A stretch of 64,000 bases of DNA from an uncultured Chloroflexia bacterium (GTDB lineage: Bacteria; Chloroflexota; Limnocylindria; Limnocylindrales; CSP1-4), in contig CAVVCZ010000004.1 in assembly GCA_963746845.1 (NCBI GenBank), positions 128,001 through 192,000 of the forward strand, in the 5' to 3' direction. Positions 62,644-64,000 of this stretch are shown here, piece after piece (position 1 is the first letter of the stretch; every line of letters starts with the position of its first letter). The notes beneath the pieces were generated by a model. That model was not told the DNA's origin and did not search any database. It saw nothing but the letters and a program-made list of their open reading frames with translations. The translations under genes and the position numbers were made by a program.

Positions 62644-62676
62644 ACGACCCGAGTTGTCAGCCGACTCGGGTCGTTT
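62644..62676 (+). terminator. Intrinsic terminator
   Basis: ACGACCCGAGTTG-loop-CGACTCGGGTCGT-TT. Confidence 0.65.
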
Positions 62677-62696
62677 GATTCCCGTGCCGGGATCAT

Positions 62697-62823
62697 CGGC
62701 TGTCACGCCGGGGCGGCCATGCGTGCGTTGCCCCCTGTGGTGCTCGCTCACGCACCTTGAAGTGCGCTCGCTCCGCTCCTCGGGGTCGCCTTCGCCTGAC
62801 CGCCCGGGCGCGACGAACGCAGT
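62697..62823. repeat. ~128-bp structured intergenic repeat, copy 2
   Basis: Starts CGGCTGTCACGCC, ends GCGACGAACGCAGT; same internal motifs as 55496-55624. Confidence 0.75.
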
Positions 62824-63175
62824 TCGGGCTGTCGCGGGCGTTCGCGCGGGCGCGCCTCGCAACCGCGGCCGACATGCGCCGGGGTGCTATCCGGGGGGTT
62901 GAGCGACCCATTGGGTCGGCCGGCGTCGCGGACTGCGGGGAATCCACGCTGGCTTGAGCGTGGGATGGCGCCGCGTCGAGGGCAAACCGGCTCGCAATGA
63001 CTCGTTCAGCCTCCAATCAAGCACTGGGATGCATATCGGACCCGGGAGGAGACCCACGAGGCTCGACCAGGGGCTGTCGGGACTGGACGACGCTGACGGC
63101 GTTCCCGGCTGCGTAAGGGGCCGGTGCCGGCGCGCACCCTCCGCCGCACGGAGTACGGGCGCGACCGGGACGACT

Positions 63176-64000
63176 GTGGGGGATGACGAATCGGCCCGGC
63201 GCGGCGACGATTCCCGGGCACCGGAGGGTCCCGTCATCGGTCGTCTGCCGATCCTTGCCGCCGTCGCCTTGATCGTTGCCGTCGGCGCAGCCGCGCCGTC
63301 GGCCCAGCCGGTCCGCGCGGCCGGCTCGCTCCCGGCGCTGCCCGCGTCGTGGCCCTCCGACCGGATGGAGCTCGGTCTGGCCGACGCTCCGGGCGGTGCC
63401 GCCGCGCTGCACGCCTCGGCCCCGTTCAAGTTCCGCTACCAGTACCTCGCGGGCGGCGTGAACACGGGCAACGGCTGGTCGACCTGGAACACGAACGGCC
63501 AGTTCGTGAGCTGGTACATCCAGGACTCCGTCGACCACGGCTTCGTCCCGGTCTTCCCGTACTACATGCTCCTCCAGTCGACTCCCGCCGCCGGCGCCGA
63601 CGAGAAGGCGAAGGACCTGTCGAACCTGGCCAACCCGTCGACCATGGCGGCCTGGTATGCCGATCTGCGGCTGTTCTTCCAGCGGGCTGCGGGGTCGGCG
63701 CCGGTCATCCTCCATGTCGAGCCGGACCTGTGGGGGTACATCGAGCAGGCCACCGGCACGAACGACGACGCCACGCAGATCCCGGCATCGGTCGCGAGCT
63801 CGGGCGACGCAGCCCTCGCGGGTCTCCCGAACACGGCAGCCGGGTTCGCCCGGGCGATCGTCCGGTTGCGCGACCAGCTCGCGCCGAACGTCCTGCTCGC
63901 CTATCACCTGTCCGTGTGGGGCACGAACTGGGACATCGCGTACTCGAACAGCCCCGACTCGCAGGTCGACGCCCTGGCGAATCGGGCCGGCGCGTTCTAC
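63176..64000 (+). CDS. Secreted protein, probably glycoside-hydrolase-like TIM barrel (3' partial; start uncertain)
   Basis: Signal-like ILAAVALIVAVGAAA; FRYQYLAGG..GWSTWN; ILHVEPDLWGY; frame open to the window end. Confidence 0.65.
   Translation, partial: MGDDESARRGDDSRAPEGPVIGRLPILAAVALIVAVGAAAPSAQPVRAAGSLPALPASWPSDRMELGLADAPGGAAALHASAPFKFRYQYLAGGVNTGNGWSTWNTNGQFVSWYIQDSVDHGFVPVFPYYMLLQSTPAAGADEKAKDLSNLANPSTMAAWYADLRLFFQRAAGSAPVILHVEPDLWGYIEQATGTNDDATQIPASVASSGDAALAGLPNTAAGFARAIVRLRDQLAPNVLLAYHLSVWGTNWDIAYSNSPDSQVDALANRAGAFY

Noticed and set aside
62975-63060. GGGCAAACC suggesting a c-di-GMP-I riboswitch
   Set aside because: The GAAA-capped stem and GACGCAAAG element that should follow are absent.

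Overview
A very GC-rich bacterial chromosomal segment with about 65 CDS, one tRNA-Gln(CTG) and one TPP riboswitch. Gene content (F420-type DDN and LLM enzymes, ECF/anti-sigma pair, many leaderless genes) suggests Chloroflexota (Limnocylindria-like) or Actinomycetota; this is inference only. No CRISPR array, transposase or integrase is visible. Housekeeping blocks include msrA, msrB, mgtE, a LacI-controlled sugar ABC/GH27/glycogen-debranching locus, a P-type ATPase, focA, metY-metX, thiY-thiX, mutY, nnrE and glpD-glpK. Several genes carry single-base frameshifts that look like long-read consensus errors. Four signals stand out. (1) Besides the native copy, three degenerate copies of the last ~25 codons of msrA punctuate an accessory region at 7.3-11 kb, each at a gene boundary, suggesting a cassette-accretion hotspot at the msrA 3' end. 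(2) A 21-aa leader peptide with a Met-Cys-Met core, plus terminator and antiterminator, lies upstream of metY-metX. (3) A ~128-bp structured intergenic repeat with co-varying stems occurs twice. (4) Leaderless -10 promoters are pervasive, including a bidirectional one that shares a TA dinucleotide.
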